In this document: piece by piece, positions 10,293 through 19,867 of the stretch
Numbering within the stretch: the first letter of the stretch is position 1
Layout: every line of letters starts with the position of its first letter
Source: Dehalococcoidia bacterium
GTDB taxonomy: Bacteria; Chloroflexota; Dehalococcoidia; Bin125
Assembly (NCBI GenBank): GCA_022828105.1
Contig: JAJEJC010000001.1
Span: forward strand, 109,471-173,470
Reading direction: 5' to 3'
DNA length: 64,000 bases
The notes under the pieces: generated by a model
The model's input: only the letters and a program-made list of their open reading frames with translations
What the model was told of the DNA's origin: nothing
Database searches by the model: none
Translations under genes and position numbers: made by a program

Positions 10293-11659
10293 TACTCGCC
10301 GTCCCCTCGTCCGCTGTGGAAGGGAGACGGCTTGCGTTGGCGCTGCGGGCGCGGGGCGACATCGCGGGTCGGCGTAGGGTCGTCGAGGGGCGGATCGGCG
10401 GAGACGGGCAGCTCGCCTCGCCCGTAGCGAGAGATGGAGACGAGGATGCCCGCTGCGGCCATCGATGCGATCAGCGCCGACGAACCAAAACTGAGGAAGG
10501 GCAGGGGGATGCCGGTCAGGACGATCGTCCGCGTGACGCCGGCGATGTTGAAGAATGCCTGCAGCGCGAACCAGGCGACGATGCCAAAGGCAAGCAGTGT
10601 GCCGAATCGATCCTCGGCGCGTACTCCGGCGCGAATGCCGCGATAGATCAACAGGGCAAAGATGCCCAAGACTATCATCGCGCCGAGCATTCCCGTCTCC
10701 TCACCGATAATGGCGAAGACGCCGTCGGTGTGGGCCGAAGGCACATAGAAGAACTTCTGCCGCGACGCGCCGAGTCCGACGCCGGTCAAGCCACCCGAGC
10801 CGAGCGTTGAGACCAGATTGATGATCTGGAATCCGGCGTCCTGCGCGAACTCCTCGGCGTTGAAGAAGGTGCGCACGCGCTCCAGGCCGTAGCCGAACAG
10901 GCCGATGATCAGGAAGAGCACGCCACTGCCGCCGATGAAGAGGATCACCATGTGCTTCAGCGCCGCTCCGGCGAGGAAGAACATGACCACGCCCGTGGCC
11001 GCGATTGCTGCGAAGGTACCCAGGTCGGGCTCCAGCATGATCAGACCGCCCACGCTGCCGATGATGAAGCAGAACGGGACCAGACCAAGTGGAATGCGCT
11101 TGATCTCGTCGCCCTTTGCCGCGAGCCAGGCTGCGACATAGATGCAGATGGCGAGCTTGGCAAACTCGGACGGCTGCAACGCCGGCAGCGAGCCAATCTG
11201 GATCCAGCGCTGCGCGCCGTTCTCTTCGTGTCCGACACCGGGGACCAGCACGAGCATCAACAGGACCAGTGCGCCGCCGATCATCAATGATGAGATCGAC
11301 TGCCAGCGGCGGTAGTCGATGTTGGCCAACAGGCCGAATGCAATCAGGCCGATTCCGGCGCCGATTACCTGGCGAACGGCGAAGTGGTGCGTGTTGCCGT
11401 GCAGTTCTTGCGAGATCGCGAGCGACGACGAGAATACGAAAACCAGGCCGATAAAGACGAGCGCCAACACGGAAACGATTAGCACCCAGTCGGGTGGAGA
11501 GGCGGGGCGGCGCAGCCTGCGGATCATGCGCTTGCCGACTATGAGGCGATTGTCAGTGCCGGGCGTTGCGGTCGTTGCGCGGCCCGGCACGCGAACCCGT
11601 CCCAGCACTCCGGTTGCGTCTGACTGAACCTGCGGCGCGGCGGCGCGATCAACGCTCAT
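10292..11659 (-). CDS. ftsW: SEDS-family peptidoglycan glycosyltransferase FtsW
   Basis: About 10 TM segments with SEDS motifs (SLPALQPSEFAKLAICIYVAAWLA...GVGLGASRQKFFYVPSAHTDGVFAIIGEETG). The start was chosen at ATG 11659, which overlaps the murD stop by 11 nt; the ORF-track start at 11842 would overlap murD by about 190 nt. Confidence 0.88.
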   Translation of the reverse strand: MSVDRAAAPQVQSDATGVLGRVRVPGRATTATPGTDNRLIVGKRMIRRLRRPASPPDWVLIVSVLALVFIGLVFVFSSSLAISQELHGNTHHFAVRQVIGAGIGLIAFGLLANIDYRRWQSISSLMIGGALVLLMLVLVPGVGHEENGAQRWIQIGSLPALQPSEFAKLAICIYVAAWLAAKGDEIKRIPLGLVPFCFIIGSVGGLIMLEPDLGTFAAIAATGVVMFFLAGAALKHMVILFIGGSGVLFLIIGLFGYGLERVRTFFNAEEFAQDAGFQIINLVSTLGSGGLTGVGLGASRQKFFYVPSAHTDGVFAIIGEETGMLGAMIVLGIFALLIYRGIRAGVRAEDRFGTLLAFGIVAWFALQAFFNIAGVTRTIVLTGIPLPFLSFGSSALIASMAAAGILVSISRYGRGELPVSADPPLDDPTPTRDVAPRPQRQRKPSPFHSGRGDGE

Positions 11660-12998
11660 GGTCCGGCTTCCCTTCCCGCCGCAGTACGGCGACGAGGTTG
11701 CGGAAGTGCTGGCCCCGGGCCTCGAAGTTTGGGTAGGCGTCGAACGAGGTGCCGCCCGGCGAGAGCAGGACCGCATCGCCTGGTTGCGCAACCCCGACGG
11801 AATCACCGAATGCCGACTCGAGATCTCCGGCGTAGTGCGCATCGATGCGTTGCGCGGAGCACCAGGCCGCCCACTGTTCTCCGGCCTCGCCGAACAGCAC
11901 CACCCGGCGCACGCGACGGCGCAGTTCGTCGGCGAGCGGATCGAGGGGCAAGCGCTTGTCTCGACCGCCGAGCATCAACACGATTGGCGCATCAATCGCC
12001 TTGAGTCCGGCCAGCGTTCGCTCAGGGGTGGTCGCGATCGAGTCGTTGATGAATCGCACGCCGTCTATTTCGGCGACCAACTCCAGCCGATGCGGCACGC
12101 CACTGAACGCTGACAGCACCTCCGCAGCGGTCTGGTCAGCGACGAGGTCGCCGACGATCGCGAGCGCCGCTAGGACGTTACGCAGATTGTGTTCGCCGGG
12201 AATCTTCAGCTCAGCGGCATCCAGGATGTGCCGGTCGCCGCGGATGACCCTGCCGGAGTCGCAATGTGCGGCCGCGCGGCAGGACGACTCGCCGACGCCA
12301 AACCAGGCAGCGGCGGCGGGCGTCAGTTGGGACGCGCGAGCCGCGCGCGGCTCGTCGAACGGCAGCACGACCTGGTCGGTCGCTGTCTGGTACTCGACGA
12401 TCCGGTACTTCAATGACTGGTAATCGTCCCACTCGAACTGATCCAGATGGTTTGGCGTGATGTTGGTGATTGCTGCGACTTGCGGGCTGCGGGTCGTGCG
12501 CAAGAGCTGGGTGTGCGACAGCTCGGCGACAACGGTGGTTTGCTCGGATGTTTCCGGAAGCTGGCCCAGCAGTCCTCGGCCGATGTTGCCACCGACCACG
12601 CAGTCGATGCCGGCGCGGCTGAGCAACTCGTGCACGATCGTCGTGGTGGTCGTCTTGCCTGCGCTGCCGGTGATGCCGATCACCCGATCCGAGGGGCAGC
12701 GCTCGAGAAACACCTGGGTAGGGCCGAAGACCGGCAAGTCACGCTTGCCCGCCTCGGCCAGCAGCGTGCAATCCCATGGCACGCCCTGGCTCGCCACAAG
12801 TGCGTCGAGGTTCTTGAGCAACGAGAGGTCGTCCTGCGAGCGCATGGCACGGCGAGGATTGCGATCTACGGTGATCACCTCCGCGCCCTCGCGGACCAGG
12901 AACTGGAACGCGTCGCGGCCCTCGATGCCCATCCCGACGACTGCGACACGCTGTCCGGCAAACGAGGCAGGGGCTTCAACCGGCATTGGCAGGCTCAT
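11649..12998 (-). CDS. murD: UDP-N-acetylmuramoylalanine--D-glutamate ligase
   Basis: Start MSLPMPVEAPASFAGQRVAVVGMGIEG...VIGITGSAGKTTTTTIV. It occupies the 3' 450 codons of the 840-aa track ORF; the upstream part of that ORF is the other-frame image of mraY. Confidence 0.94.
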   Translation of the reverse strand: MSLPMPVEAPASFAGQRVAVVGMGIEGRDAFQFLVREGAEVITVDRNPRRAMRSQDDLSLLKNLDALVASQGVPWDCTLLAEAGKRDLPVFGPTQVFLERCPSDRVIGITGSAGKTTTTTIVHELLSRAGIDCVVGGNIGRGLLGQLPETSEQTTVVAELSHTQLLRTTRSPQVAAITNITPNHLDQFEWDDYQSLKYRIVEYQTATDQVVLPFDEPRAARASQLTPAAAAWFGVGESSCRAAAHCDSGRVIRGDRHILDAAELKIPGEHNLRNVLAALAIVGDLVADQTAAEVLSAFSGVPHRLELVAEIDGVRFINDSIATTPERTLAGLKAIDAPIVLMLGGRDKRLPLDPLADELRRRVRRVVLFGEAGEQWAAWCSAQRIDAHYAGDLESAFGDSVGVAQPGDAVLLSPGGTSFDAYPNFEARGQHFRNLVAVLRREGKPDHER

Positions 12999-13984
12999 CT
13001 GGGCACCTGCAATGCCAGGGCGACGCCGAGAATGCCGCCCGCGATCGCGACCAACCAGAAGCGGGTGACGATCTGCGGCTCGGACCAACCGCCCATTTCG
13101 AAGTGATTGTGCAGCGGCGCCATGCGAAAGATGCGGCGACCCTCTCCGCTTTGCCTGCGGGTCCACTTGAACCAGCCGACCTGCAGAATGTCGGACGTCG
13201 CTTCGAGCACGAACACAATGCCGATGACCGGGAGCAAGAGCCAGTGACCGGTCATCAGCGCGATGATCGCCAGGGTGCCGCCCAACGCCATCGCGCCGGT
13301 GTCGCCCATGAATATCTTGGCCGGATGCGCGTTGAACCAGAGGAACCCGAGCACAGCGCCCACGGTCGTGAAGGCGAACCGGACGAGGAAGTCCTGCTCC
13401 TGTCCGACCGCGATCACGCCGAATGCGGCAATCGCAATCGCGCCGGTGCCGCCGCACAGCGTGTCGAGCCCGTCGGAGATGGCCACTGAGATGACGGTAG
13501 CGAACACCGTGACCGCGGCGATCACCACGTAGGCGGGACCGAGTTGGAACTGTCCGAGCCAGGGCACGTTGAGCGACTGTACATCGAGCGCGAAGTACAA
13601 CACGAGGCCGACGGCGACGGAGAACAGGGTGAGCAGCGTGAACTTGAGCTTCCAGGTCAAGCCGTTCTGGACTCGGTCGACAAGCGTGCCGAGATCGTCC
13701 ACGTATCCCAGCGCACCCAGCGCGATGACACCGACAAGCGGCAGCAGGATCGACCAGCGGTCGCCTTCGACGAGGTTGGCGACGATGGTCAAGACGACGA
13801 TCGGGATCAGGAAGATCAGCCCACCCATGGTCGGCGTGCCGGCCTTGACCTGATGGCTGCTCGGCCCCTCGTCGGAAATCGCCTTGCCCGACTTGCGCTG
13901 TTCGAGCCAGCGGATGATGAACGGCCCGATGACCAACGCCATCACAAACGAGATTCCGGCCGTGCCGAGCGAAAACGTGGTCAC
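12995..13984 (-). CDS. mraY: phospho-N-acetylmuramoyl-pentapeptide transferase
   Basis: PTMGGLIFLIPIVV...GYVDDLGTLVD...FMGDTGAMALGG. GTG start, overlapping murD by 4 nt. Confidence 0.96.
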   Translation of the reverse strand: MTTFSLGTAGISFVMALVIGPFIIRWLEQRKSGKAISDEGPSSHQVKAGTPTMGGLIFLIPIVVLTIVANLVEGDRWSILLPLVGVIALGALGYVDDLGTLVDRVQNGLTWKLKFTLLTLFSVAVGLVLYFALDVQSLNVPWLGQFQLGPAYVVIAAVTVFATVISVAISDGLDTLCGGTGAIAIAAFGVIAVGQEQDFLVRFAFTTVGAVLGFLWFNAHPAKIFMGDTGAMALGGTLAIIALMTGHWLLLPVIGIVFVLEATSDILQVGWFKWTRRQSGEGRRIFRMAPLHNHFEMGGWSEPQIVTRFWLVAIAGGILGVALALQVPR

Positions 13985-15345
13985 GAGGCGGCCAGCCTCT
14001 CAACCACCCGTTCCAGGTGCATGGCATGGGATGCCTTGACCAGCAGCGTGTCGGTGCGTTCCAGCGAGCTGCGCAGTATCTGGACGGCCCGCTCGGCGTC
14101 TTCGACCCAGCAGGCGCGCGGATGCCCAGCCTCGCGGGCTGCGTCGACGATCGCCTGCGAACGCGTGCCAACCGCGATCAACCAGTCGCAGCGCGCAGCG
14201 GCGTACTCACCCACTTCGCGGTGAGCGGCCAGTTCTTCGCTGCCCAATTCGTACATATCGCCCAACAAGGCGACACGGCCGCCAGGACATTCGGAGAGGA
14301 GGTCAAGCGCAGCCCGCATCGAGAGCGGCGCTGCGTTGTAGGAGTCGTCGATGATGCCGGCGCCGTTCCAGGCGGTCCGCCGCACGAGGCGCGATCCGGA
14401 GGACAGGCTGCGAACGGCAGCGTCGATCTGGGCGAGTTCGAGGCCTGCTCGCAAACCGACCGCGGCCGCCGCCAGCGTCGTCATCACCTGGTGCGCGCCG
14501 GGCAAGGGAGTGGCAATGCGCTGCTCGCGCGCACTTCGTTGATCGACAAGCGTAAATTCGACGCCGTCGAATCCCCGCGCCTCAACGTTGACTGCCCGCA
14601 GATCGCAGTCCTCGCCGAGGCCGTAGGTGACGGTCTCGGCGCGCGCGCGTGTCGACATCCGTCGGACTCGCGGATCGTCGCCGTTGAGGACGGCCAGTCC
14701 GCTCGACGGAAGCGAGGCGGGCAGCAAGCCCTTGATCCGCTCCGTGTCGTCCAACGTGCCGAAGCGTTCGAGGTGCGTTGGCCCCACGTTGGTGACGATG
14801 CCGATGTCCGCCTGCGCGGAGGAGACGAGCAGTTCCATCTCAGCCTGCGAGTAAGGGCCGATCTCGATTACGGCCCATGCATCGGCCGGATCGATGCCGA
14901 GCAGGGCAATCGGCAGTCCGATGTCGCCGTTGAAGTTGCGCGGCGACTCGTGCACGGCCGCGTGGCGAGCAAGCAACTGGGTAGTCGCCTCGCGCACGGT
15001 GGTCTTGCCGACACTTCCGGTGATGCCCACCACCTGCGCGTCCATGCGCGCGCGCCAGTTCCGCCCTGCCGCCTGCAGCGCTGTGAGCGGATCGTCAACC
15101 ACGAACAGGCGATCTCCGCTCAGTCCCGATGCCGTCGAGACCAACGCCGAAGAGGCTCCACGCGCCAATGCGTCGTCGACGAACCGGTGACCATCCATGT
15201 GTTCACCGCGCAGCGCCACGAAGAGACTGCCCGGAGTGGCATCGCGGGAGTCGATCACAATGTTCGAGAACGGCGCGGCGTCCGTCTGCGGCCGGCTGTG
15301 CAGCAACGGCTGGAGCAGATCACCCAGGTCGCGCGAGGAGATCAC
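13981..15345 (-). CDS. murF: UDP-N-acetylmuramoyl-tripeptide--D-alanyl-D-alanine ligase
   Basis: DSRDATPGSLFVALRGEHMDGHRFV...VVGITGSVGKTTVRE are MurF N-terminal motifs. Confidence 0.92.
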   Translation of the reverse strand: MISSRDLGDLLQPLLHSRPQTDAAPFSNIVIDSRDATPGSLFVALRGEHMDGHRFVDDALARGASSALVSTASGLSGDRLFVVDDPLTALQAAGRNWRARMDAQVVGITGSVGKTTVREATTQLLARHAAVHESPRNFNGDIGLPIALLGIDPADAWAVIEIGPYSQAEMELLVSSAQADIGIVTNVGPTHLERFGTLDDTERIKGLLPASLPSSGLAVLNGDDPRVRRMSTRARAETVTYGLGEDCDLRAVNVEARGFDGVEFTLVDQRSAREQRIATPLPGAHQVMTTLAAAAVGLRAGLELAQIDAAVRSLSSGSRLVRRTAWNGAGIIDDSYNAAPLSMRAALDLLSECPGGRVALLGDMYELGSEELAAHREVGEYAAARCDWLIAVGTRSQAIVDAAREAGHPRACWVEDAERAVQILRSSLERTDTLLVKASHAMHLERVVERLAAS

Positions 15346-17249
15346 TCGACTTCCTCCTGGCCTGCGACTTCTTCCTGGTCGACGATGTATGTGACCGGCG
15401 ACACCTGGTCCTCGGCGTCGACCGTGGCGGTCAGCGCGGATTGGTCATCCGGCTCATCGCTTGGACGATCCAGGGCAGCTGACGGTGCGGTGTTCCAGGA
15501 TGTGGGATCAGCGATGTACGCAGTCGGCGGCACTCCGAGGTAAGGCAGGACGACGGTCATCAGATCGGAGAAGACTGGCGCGGCCACGATGCCGCCGAAG
15601 AGCTCGCCCTGGGGTCGATCGATGCGGATCAACACGACGACGCGCGGATCGTCGGCCGGCGCAAACCCGGCGAATGATGCAATCGACTCGTCCTCGAGGT
15701 AGATGCCGTCCTCGACCACATCCGAGGTGCCTGACTTGCCGGCGATCGGCCATCCTTCGACCTGGGCGGGGTGGCCCAGGACTCCGTCGACCACCGCCTG
15801 CATCATCCGCGTGACGGTGGCCGCGCTCTCTCGGCTGATCGCGCGGTCCTCGACTCGCGGCTCGAAGTGTTGCACGCCCTCGTCGGTGATGATGGCCGAC
15901 ACCAGTCGTGGACGCACGGGCACGCCGCCGCGGGCGATCGTCGCGTAGGCCTGGAGAATCTGCAGCGGAGTAACGGCAATGCCCTGGCCGAACGAGTTGG
16001 TCGCGAGTTGCGACGGAGACCAGCGAATGTCAGTCGAGTCGGTGACCACCCCTCCAATCTCACCCGGAAGGCCGGACTCGGTACTGGCCCCAAAACCAAA
16101 TCGGTAGAGGTACTCGTAGTACGTGCGCGCGCCGAGCTGCTGGGCCACCCAGACGCTGCCGGTGTTCAACGATCGCTGGAGCACCTGCGTCATCGTCTGC
16201 TCACCGTGGTAGCTCAGGTCGAAGTTCTTGATCGTGCGGTCCTCGATCACCACCGCGCCGGTGTCGATGAACGTGGTCTCGGGCGAGACGAGGCCTGTGT
16301 CGAGCGCCGCCGCCATCGTGACGACCTTCATCGTCGATCCGGGCTCGTAAATGTCCGACGCCGCACGTGATCTGAGCAGAGCGATCGATTCCGGCAGTTC
16401 GAGATCGATGGTCATCGGGTTGTAGGTCGGCAACGAAGCCAACGCGAGGATGTCCCCGTTGCGCGGGTCCATCATGATGATGTGTCCGCCGCTCGCGTCC
16501 CACTCCTCGACGGCGCGCTGCAGGGTGGCCTCGGCAATCCACTGCAGATTGCGGTCGATGGTCAGGACGATTGACGCGCCCTGTTGGTAGGGCAGCTCGG
16601 CGCGCGGGCCGAAGGGAATCGGATTGCCGAGCCCGTCGACTTCCTGGACCAGCAATCCCGCCTCGCCGCCGAGCAGTTCGTCGAGTTGGTACTCAAGGCC
16701 GGCCAGCCCCTGCTCGTCGCGGCCGACCAGGCCGATCACCTGCGCGGCCATCGAACCTTCGACATATCGGCGCGATGACGTCTTGCGGACCTGCACGCCG
16801 TGTAACGCTTCGGCGTGAATTTGCGCGCCGAGCGCGCCCGAGAGCCCGTAAGCGATCAGCGCGTCATGGCCGCCCTGCGCTGCGGTTTGGGCAGCCAGGG
16901 AGAGCACCACCGACTCATCCGCGCGGAGCAGCTCGGCGAGCCGCCGCGAGGCGTCGGTTGCTTGAAACTGTGATCGCGCCCAGAGCCGCGTGTCGACATG
17001 AACTTCCCAGGCGTCGATCGAAGTGGCGAGGGGGAAACCGTTGCGGTCGAGGATAGCGCCGCGGGGACCCTTGGTTTCAATTGCCCAGGTGCGGTCCGCA
17101 TAAGTTTCGTGTTGTTCGTGGTCGAGCACCTGGATCATGACCAGCCGGACCACAATAACGGCGGCCAGCGCGACAAAGAGCGCGATGACTGCGCGCATTC
17201 GCCAGGTCGAGACCGACTCGAAGCCGCTGCCCAAGGAGGGACTCGCCAA
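15342..17249 (-). CDS. ftsI: penicillin-binding protein (FtsI-type transpeptidase)
   Basis: N-terminal TM, PBP dimerisation domain and transpeptidase domain (STMKVVTMAAAL = SxxK; SNTG-like; KSGTS = KTG-like). Confidence 0.9.
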   Translation of the reverse strand: MASPSLGSGFESVSTWRMRAVIALFVALAAVIVVRLVMIQVLDHEQHETYADRTWAIETKGPRGAILDRNGFPLATSIDAWEVHVDTRLWARSQFQATDASRRLAELLRADESVVLSLAAQTAAQGGHDALIAYGLSGALGAQIHAEALHGVQVRKTSSRRYVEGSMAAQVIGLVGRDEQGLAGLEYQLDELLGGEAGLLVQEVDGLGNPIPFGPRAELPYQQGASIVLTIDRNLQWIAEATLQRAVEEWDASGGHIIMMDPRNGDILALASLPTYNPMTIDLELPESIALLRSRAASDIYEPGSTMKVVTMAAALDTGLVSPETTFIDTGAVVIEDRTIKNFDLSYHGEQTMTQVLQRSLNTGSVWVAQQLGARTYYEYLYRFGFGASTESGLPGEIGGVVTDSTDIRWSPSQLATNSFGQGIAVTPLQILQAYATIARGGVPVRPRLVSAIITDEGVQHFEPRVEDRAISRESAATVTRMMQAVVDGVLGHPAQVEGWPIAGKSGTSDVVEDGIYLEDESIASFAGFAPADDPRVVVLIRIDRPQGELFGGIVAAPVFSDLMTVVLPYLGVPPTAYIADPTSWNTAPSAALDRPSDEPDDQSALTATVDAEDQVSPVTYIVDQEEVAGQEEVE

Positions 17250-17288
17250 TGCCCTGCTCCTCCGTCGCTGTGCCTCGCTTGACGATTC

Positions 17289-17861
17289 TCAGTTGAAGAC
17301 CAATGCGTCGATCATCGCTTGCCAGATGGAGCCGCCCGCTTGCAGTTTGCCGAAGTCCGCGTCAGTGCCAGCGGTAGTCGGCAGGAAGCGAGTCGGCATC
17401 GTCCGCGCCGGCGGAGGTTGACTCACGTCCAGGACGACCGTCGGACGGGCCGGCACCATGTTGAAACGCTCGACCGCCTGCTGCTGGACTCGAGACAGCG
17501 ATCCGAGCTGGCCGACGTGCGCGGCCAACGAACGGATCTCGGAGTTCAGCCGCTCACGTTCTGCTTCCAATGCGCGTAACTCCGAGCCGCTCTCAGTAAC
17601 GCTGGATGTGCGCAACACCGGCAAGACGGCTGCAATGCAGAGCCCGATCACCGCGAGCCAGGCCCAAGCGGGCATTCTGCCGGTGTAGCGCGGCCTGCGC
17701 GGCAACAGCGGACGCGGCAGCGCGTGCCAGGCATCGCTGGCGGCCGAGGTCGGCAGCGACGCGTCGAGCGTCGTGCTGGGTTTGGCCGTCGTCATTGAAA
17801 CGCCGTCCGCCGCTGAGAAGTTCCCGAGCGCGATCGTGGGGGAGACCACGGGTCGGACCAC
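17289..17861 (-). CDS. ftsL: FtsL-like septum formation initiator (single TM plus coiled coil)
   Basis: TM (AWAWLAVIGLCIAAVLPVL) followed by a coiled coil (LRALEAERERLNSEIRSLAAHVGQL), in the ftsL position upstream of ftsI. GTG start; an in-frame stop lies 9 codons upstream. Confidence 0.5.
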   Translation of the reverse strand: MVRPVVSPTIALGNFSAADGVSMTTAKPSTTLDASLPTSAASDAWHALPRPLLPRRPRYTGRMPAWAWLAVIGLCIAAVLPVLRTSSVTESGSELRALEAERERLNSEIRSLAAHVGQLGSLSRVQQQAVERFNMVPARPTVVLDVSQPPPARTMPTRFLPTTAGTDADFGKLQAGGSIWQAMIDALVFN

Positions 17862-18222
17862 GCGTCGGGTGTTGCGATAGTCGTGTTACGGAAAGTAGCC
17901 GCCGCTCCAGGCAGTCGGCAGCGGCGGAGCCTAGAGTGAGACGGACTCGCGAGCGGGCTCGGCGAAATCGCTCGGCGGTCGTTGAGCGGACCGTGCGCGC
18001 AGACAGGGGGACGTGGTCCACGATCGTCATGACCGATGGTCACGCGCAACCGTGTTCCAGTGGTTTGGCGGCGGGGCTTCTCCTTCACTGTAGTGGCTGT
18101 TAGGTAGTCCCCTGCGCACGATCCGCTCAACGATCTCCGAGCGCCCGAGCGGCGCCCGCGGTCTCCTTTCCCTGTGGTCGCGACCAACGCGAATGACACG
18201 GAGCGCTCTGACGAGTGAGGCA

Positions 18223-19122
18223 TCAGGTCGCCTCCGCCGCTCGCATCCGGGCGCTTCTGGCGCGCGGATTGCGCTCAATCTCTTCTGTGGAAGGACGCAT
18301 GACGCGACGCGTCAGCGTGTGCAACGTCGGCGCTTCAGCGGCCGACTGCTCGCGAAGGACGTCTTTCACGATCCTGTCTTCGAGCGAGTGAAATGCGATT
18401 ACCACGAGTCGGCCGCCGACTCGAAGCGTGCCTCGGGCTCGGGAGAGAAAGGCGGCGAGACGTTCGAGTTCGCGGTTGACTTCGAGCCGGATGGCCTGGA
18501 ACACGCGAGTCGCCGGATGAGTGCGGGCGCCCGGACGAACGCCGACGGCATCAACCACGGCCTGCGCCAGTTGGGCGGTCGTCTCGATTGGACGGCGCCG
18601 GACGATTCCCTGCGCGATGCGTCGGGAACGGCGCTCTTCGCCGTACTCGAAGATCAGGTCGGCCAACTGGTCGACCGGCCAGTCATTGACGATCTCTTGC
18701 GCGCTGATCGCGCCGGCCCCCTGTTGGGGTCCCATGCGCATGTCCAGAGGCCCATCGGAGCGGAATGAGAATCCTCGCTCGGGACTGTCCAACTGGAGCG
18801 AGGACACGCCCAGATCGCAAAGGATGCCGTCGAGCGGCGTCATTCCCGCCTCAGCGGCTGCGTCTGCCGCGTCGTCGAGCCAGCACTGGGCCAGCGTGAA
18901 CCGCGAGGCGAACGGCGCCAGGCGCCGGCCTGCGGCTTCAATCGCGTCGGGGTCGGCATCCAGACCCAACAGCCGACCGTCGGGTGCGGAGGCGCTGAGC
19001 ACCGCCTGGGCGTGTCCCCCGAGTCCCACGGTCGCGTCGAGGTAGCGCCCGCCCGGCTTCACGTCGAGCATGGCCAGCGCTTCATTGAGCATCACCGGGG
19101 TGTGGACGGGCAAGGATGTCAT
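18223..19122 (-). CDS. rsmH: 16S rRNA (cytosine1402-N4)-methyltransferase
   Basis: HTPVMLNEAL...YLDATVGLGGHA...GILCDLGVSSLQLD...RGFSFRSDGPLDMRM. Confidence 0.95.
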   Translation of the reverse strand: MTSLPVHTPVMLNEALAMLDVKPGGRYLDATVGLGGHAQAVLSASAPDGRLLGLDADPDAIEAAGRRLAPFASRFTLAQCWLDDAADAAAEAGMTPLDGILCDLGVSSLQLDSPERGFSFRSDGPLDMRMGPQQGAGAISAQEIVNDWPVDQLADLIFEYGEERRSRRIAQGIVRRRPIETTAQLAQAVVDAVGVRPGARTHPATRVFQAIRLEVNRELERLAAFLSRARGTLRVGGRLVVIAFHSLEDRIVKDVLREQSAAEAPTLHTLTRRVMRPSTEEIERNPRARSARMRAAEAT

Positions 19123-19598
19123 ATCGACGCCTCGCTCGGATCGAACGAGTCGGCGGAGGCCATCGAGTCCGCCAGGTCCTGCAACAACTGCGCGTAGGAG
19201 TCGTCGATCGCCGATTGTTCGGTTCGCCAGGCGTCGCTGCTCCAGATCTCCAGGTAGTCGCCCATTCCAATGATCGTCGTATCTCCGTGGAGATCGCGCT
19301 GTTCCCGCAACGGCTGCGGAATCACGATTCGGCCCTGACGGTCAAGGTCGACCCGGCGCACTCGTCCGAAGAAACTTCGCGCGAGTCGCCGATCGGTGGC
19401 CTTCAGCTTGTCGCCCACGGTGCGCGTCCGCTTCTCCTGGGCGTATCCGTCGGGTGTGTAGAGCTCGAGTTGTCCGTCGGGACCGGGAAGTAGGAAGCCG
19501 CCGTGCTCGAAGAGCAGGCGGTAGGCGGCCGGAATCGCCAGACGACCGCGGTCGTCAACGCGATGTTCGTACTCCCCTGTGAAATCGAGCGTTGCCAC
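19119..19598 (-). CDS. mraZ: transcriptional regulator MraZ
   Basis: Two-repeat MraZ (DDRGRLAIPAAYR... and DRQGRIVIPQPLRE). GTG start. Confidence 0.94.
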   Translation of the reverse strand: MATLDFTGEYEHRVDDRGRLAIPAAYRLLFEHGGFLLPGPDGQLELYTPDGYAQEKRTRTVGDKLKATDRRLARSFFGRVRRVDLDRQGRIVIPQPLREQRDLHGDTTIIGMGDYLEIWSSDAWRTEQSAIDDSYAQLLQDLADSMASADSFDPSEASI

Positions 19599-19643
19599 GG
19601 GAGATGCCCTCTTCGAGTGTCGGTCTCTCGTTATGACTGGTCA

Positions 19644-19659
19644 AACCACTGTTCCCCAC
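19644..19659 (-). promoter_or_regulatory. candidate MraZ operator: GTGGGGAACAGTGGTT on the mraZ strand, two GTGG(G/T) repeats with 10-bp spacing
   Basis: Direct repeats spaced by one helical turn lie about 45-60 nt upstream of the mraZ start, overlapping a CCCACttcGTGGG dyad. This is consistent with the known GTGG-type MraZ boxes. Confidence 0.3.
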
Positions 19660-19867
19660 TTCGTGGGTACTTCATGACTGTAGGAGCACTAACAGCGGAA
19701 TGCAAGGGAAAATTCTGGGAAAGTGCTCCCGTCGCCGGGATCGGCGACGATCCTGTCTACTTGCGATGTGGAAACACGTCGCGATGCCCGTAAATTCGAG
19801 GAAACGCCGTGCCCGCAGAGACGACGTAACGCTCATTGCGCAGTTCTCCGCGAAACCTGTTGGAACA

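Noticed and set aside
11649-14171. 840-aa minus-strand ORF
   Set aside because: It is a composite. murD begins at the internal ATG 12998 (MSLPMPV...). The N-terminal Arg/His-rich 390 aa are an out-of-frame reading of mraY, which has its own clean ORF (12995-13984).
17792-18223. 143-aa Arg-rich ORF in the rsmH-ftsL gap
   Set aside because: Low-complexity basic composition overlapping the ftsL start in another frame, so it was not accepted as a gene. The gap itself is recorded as a finding.
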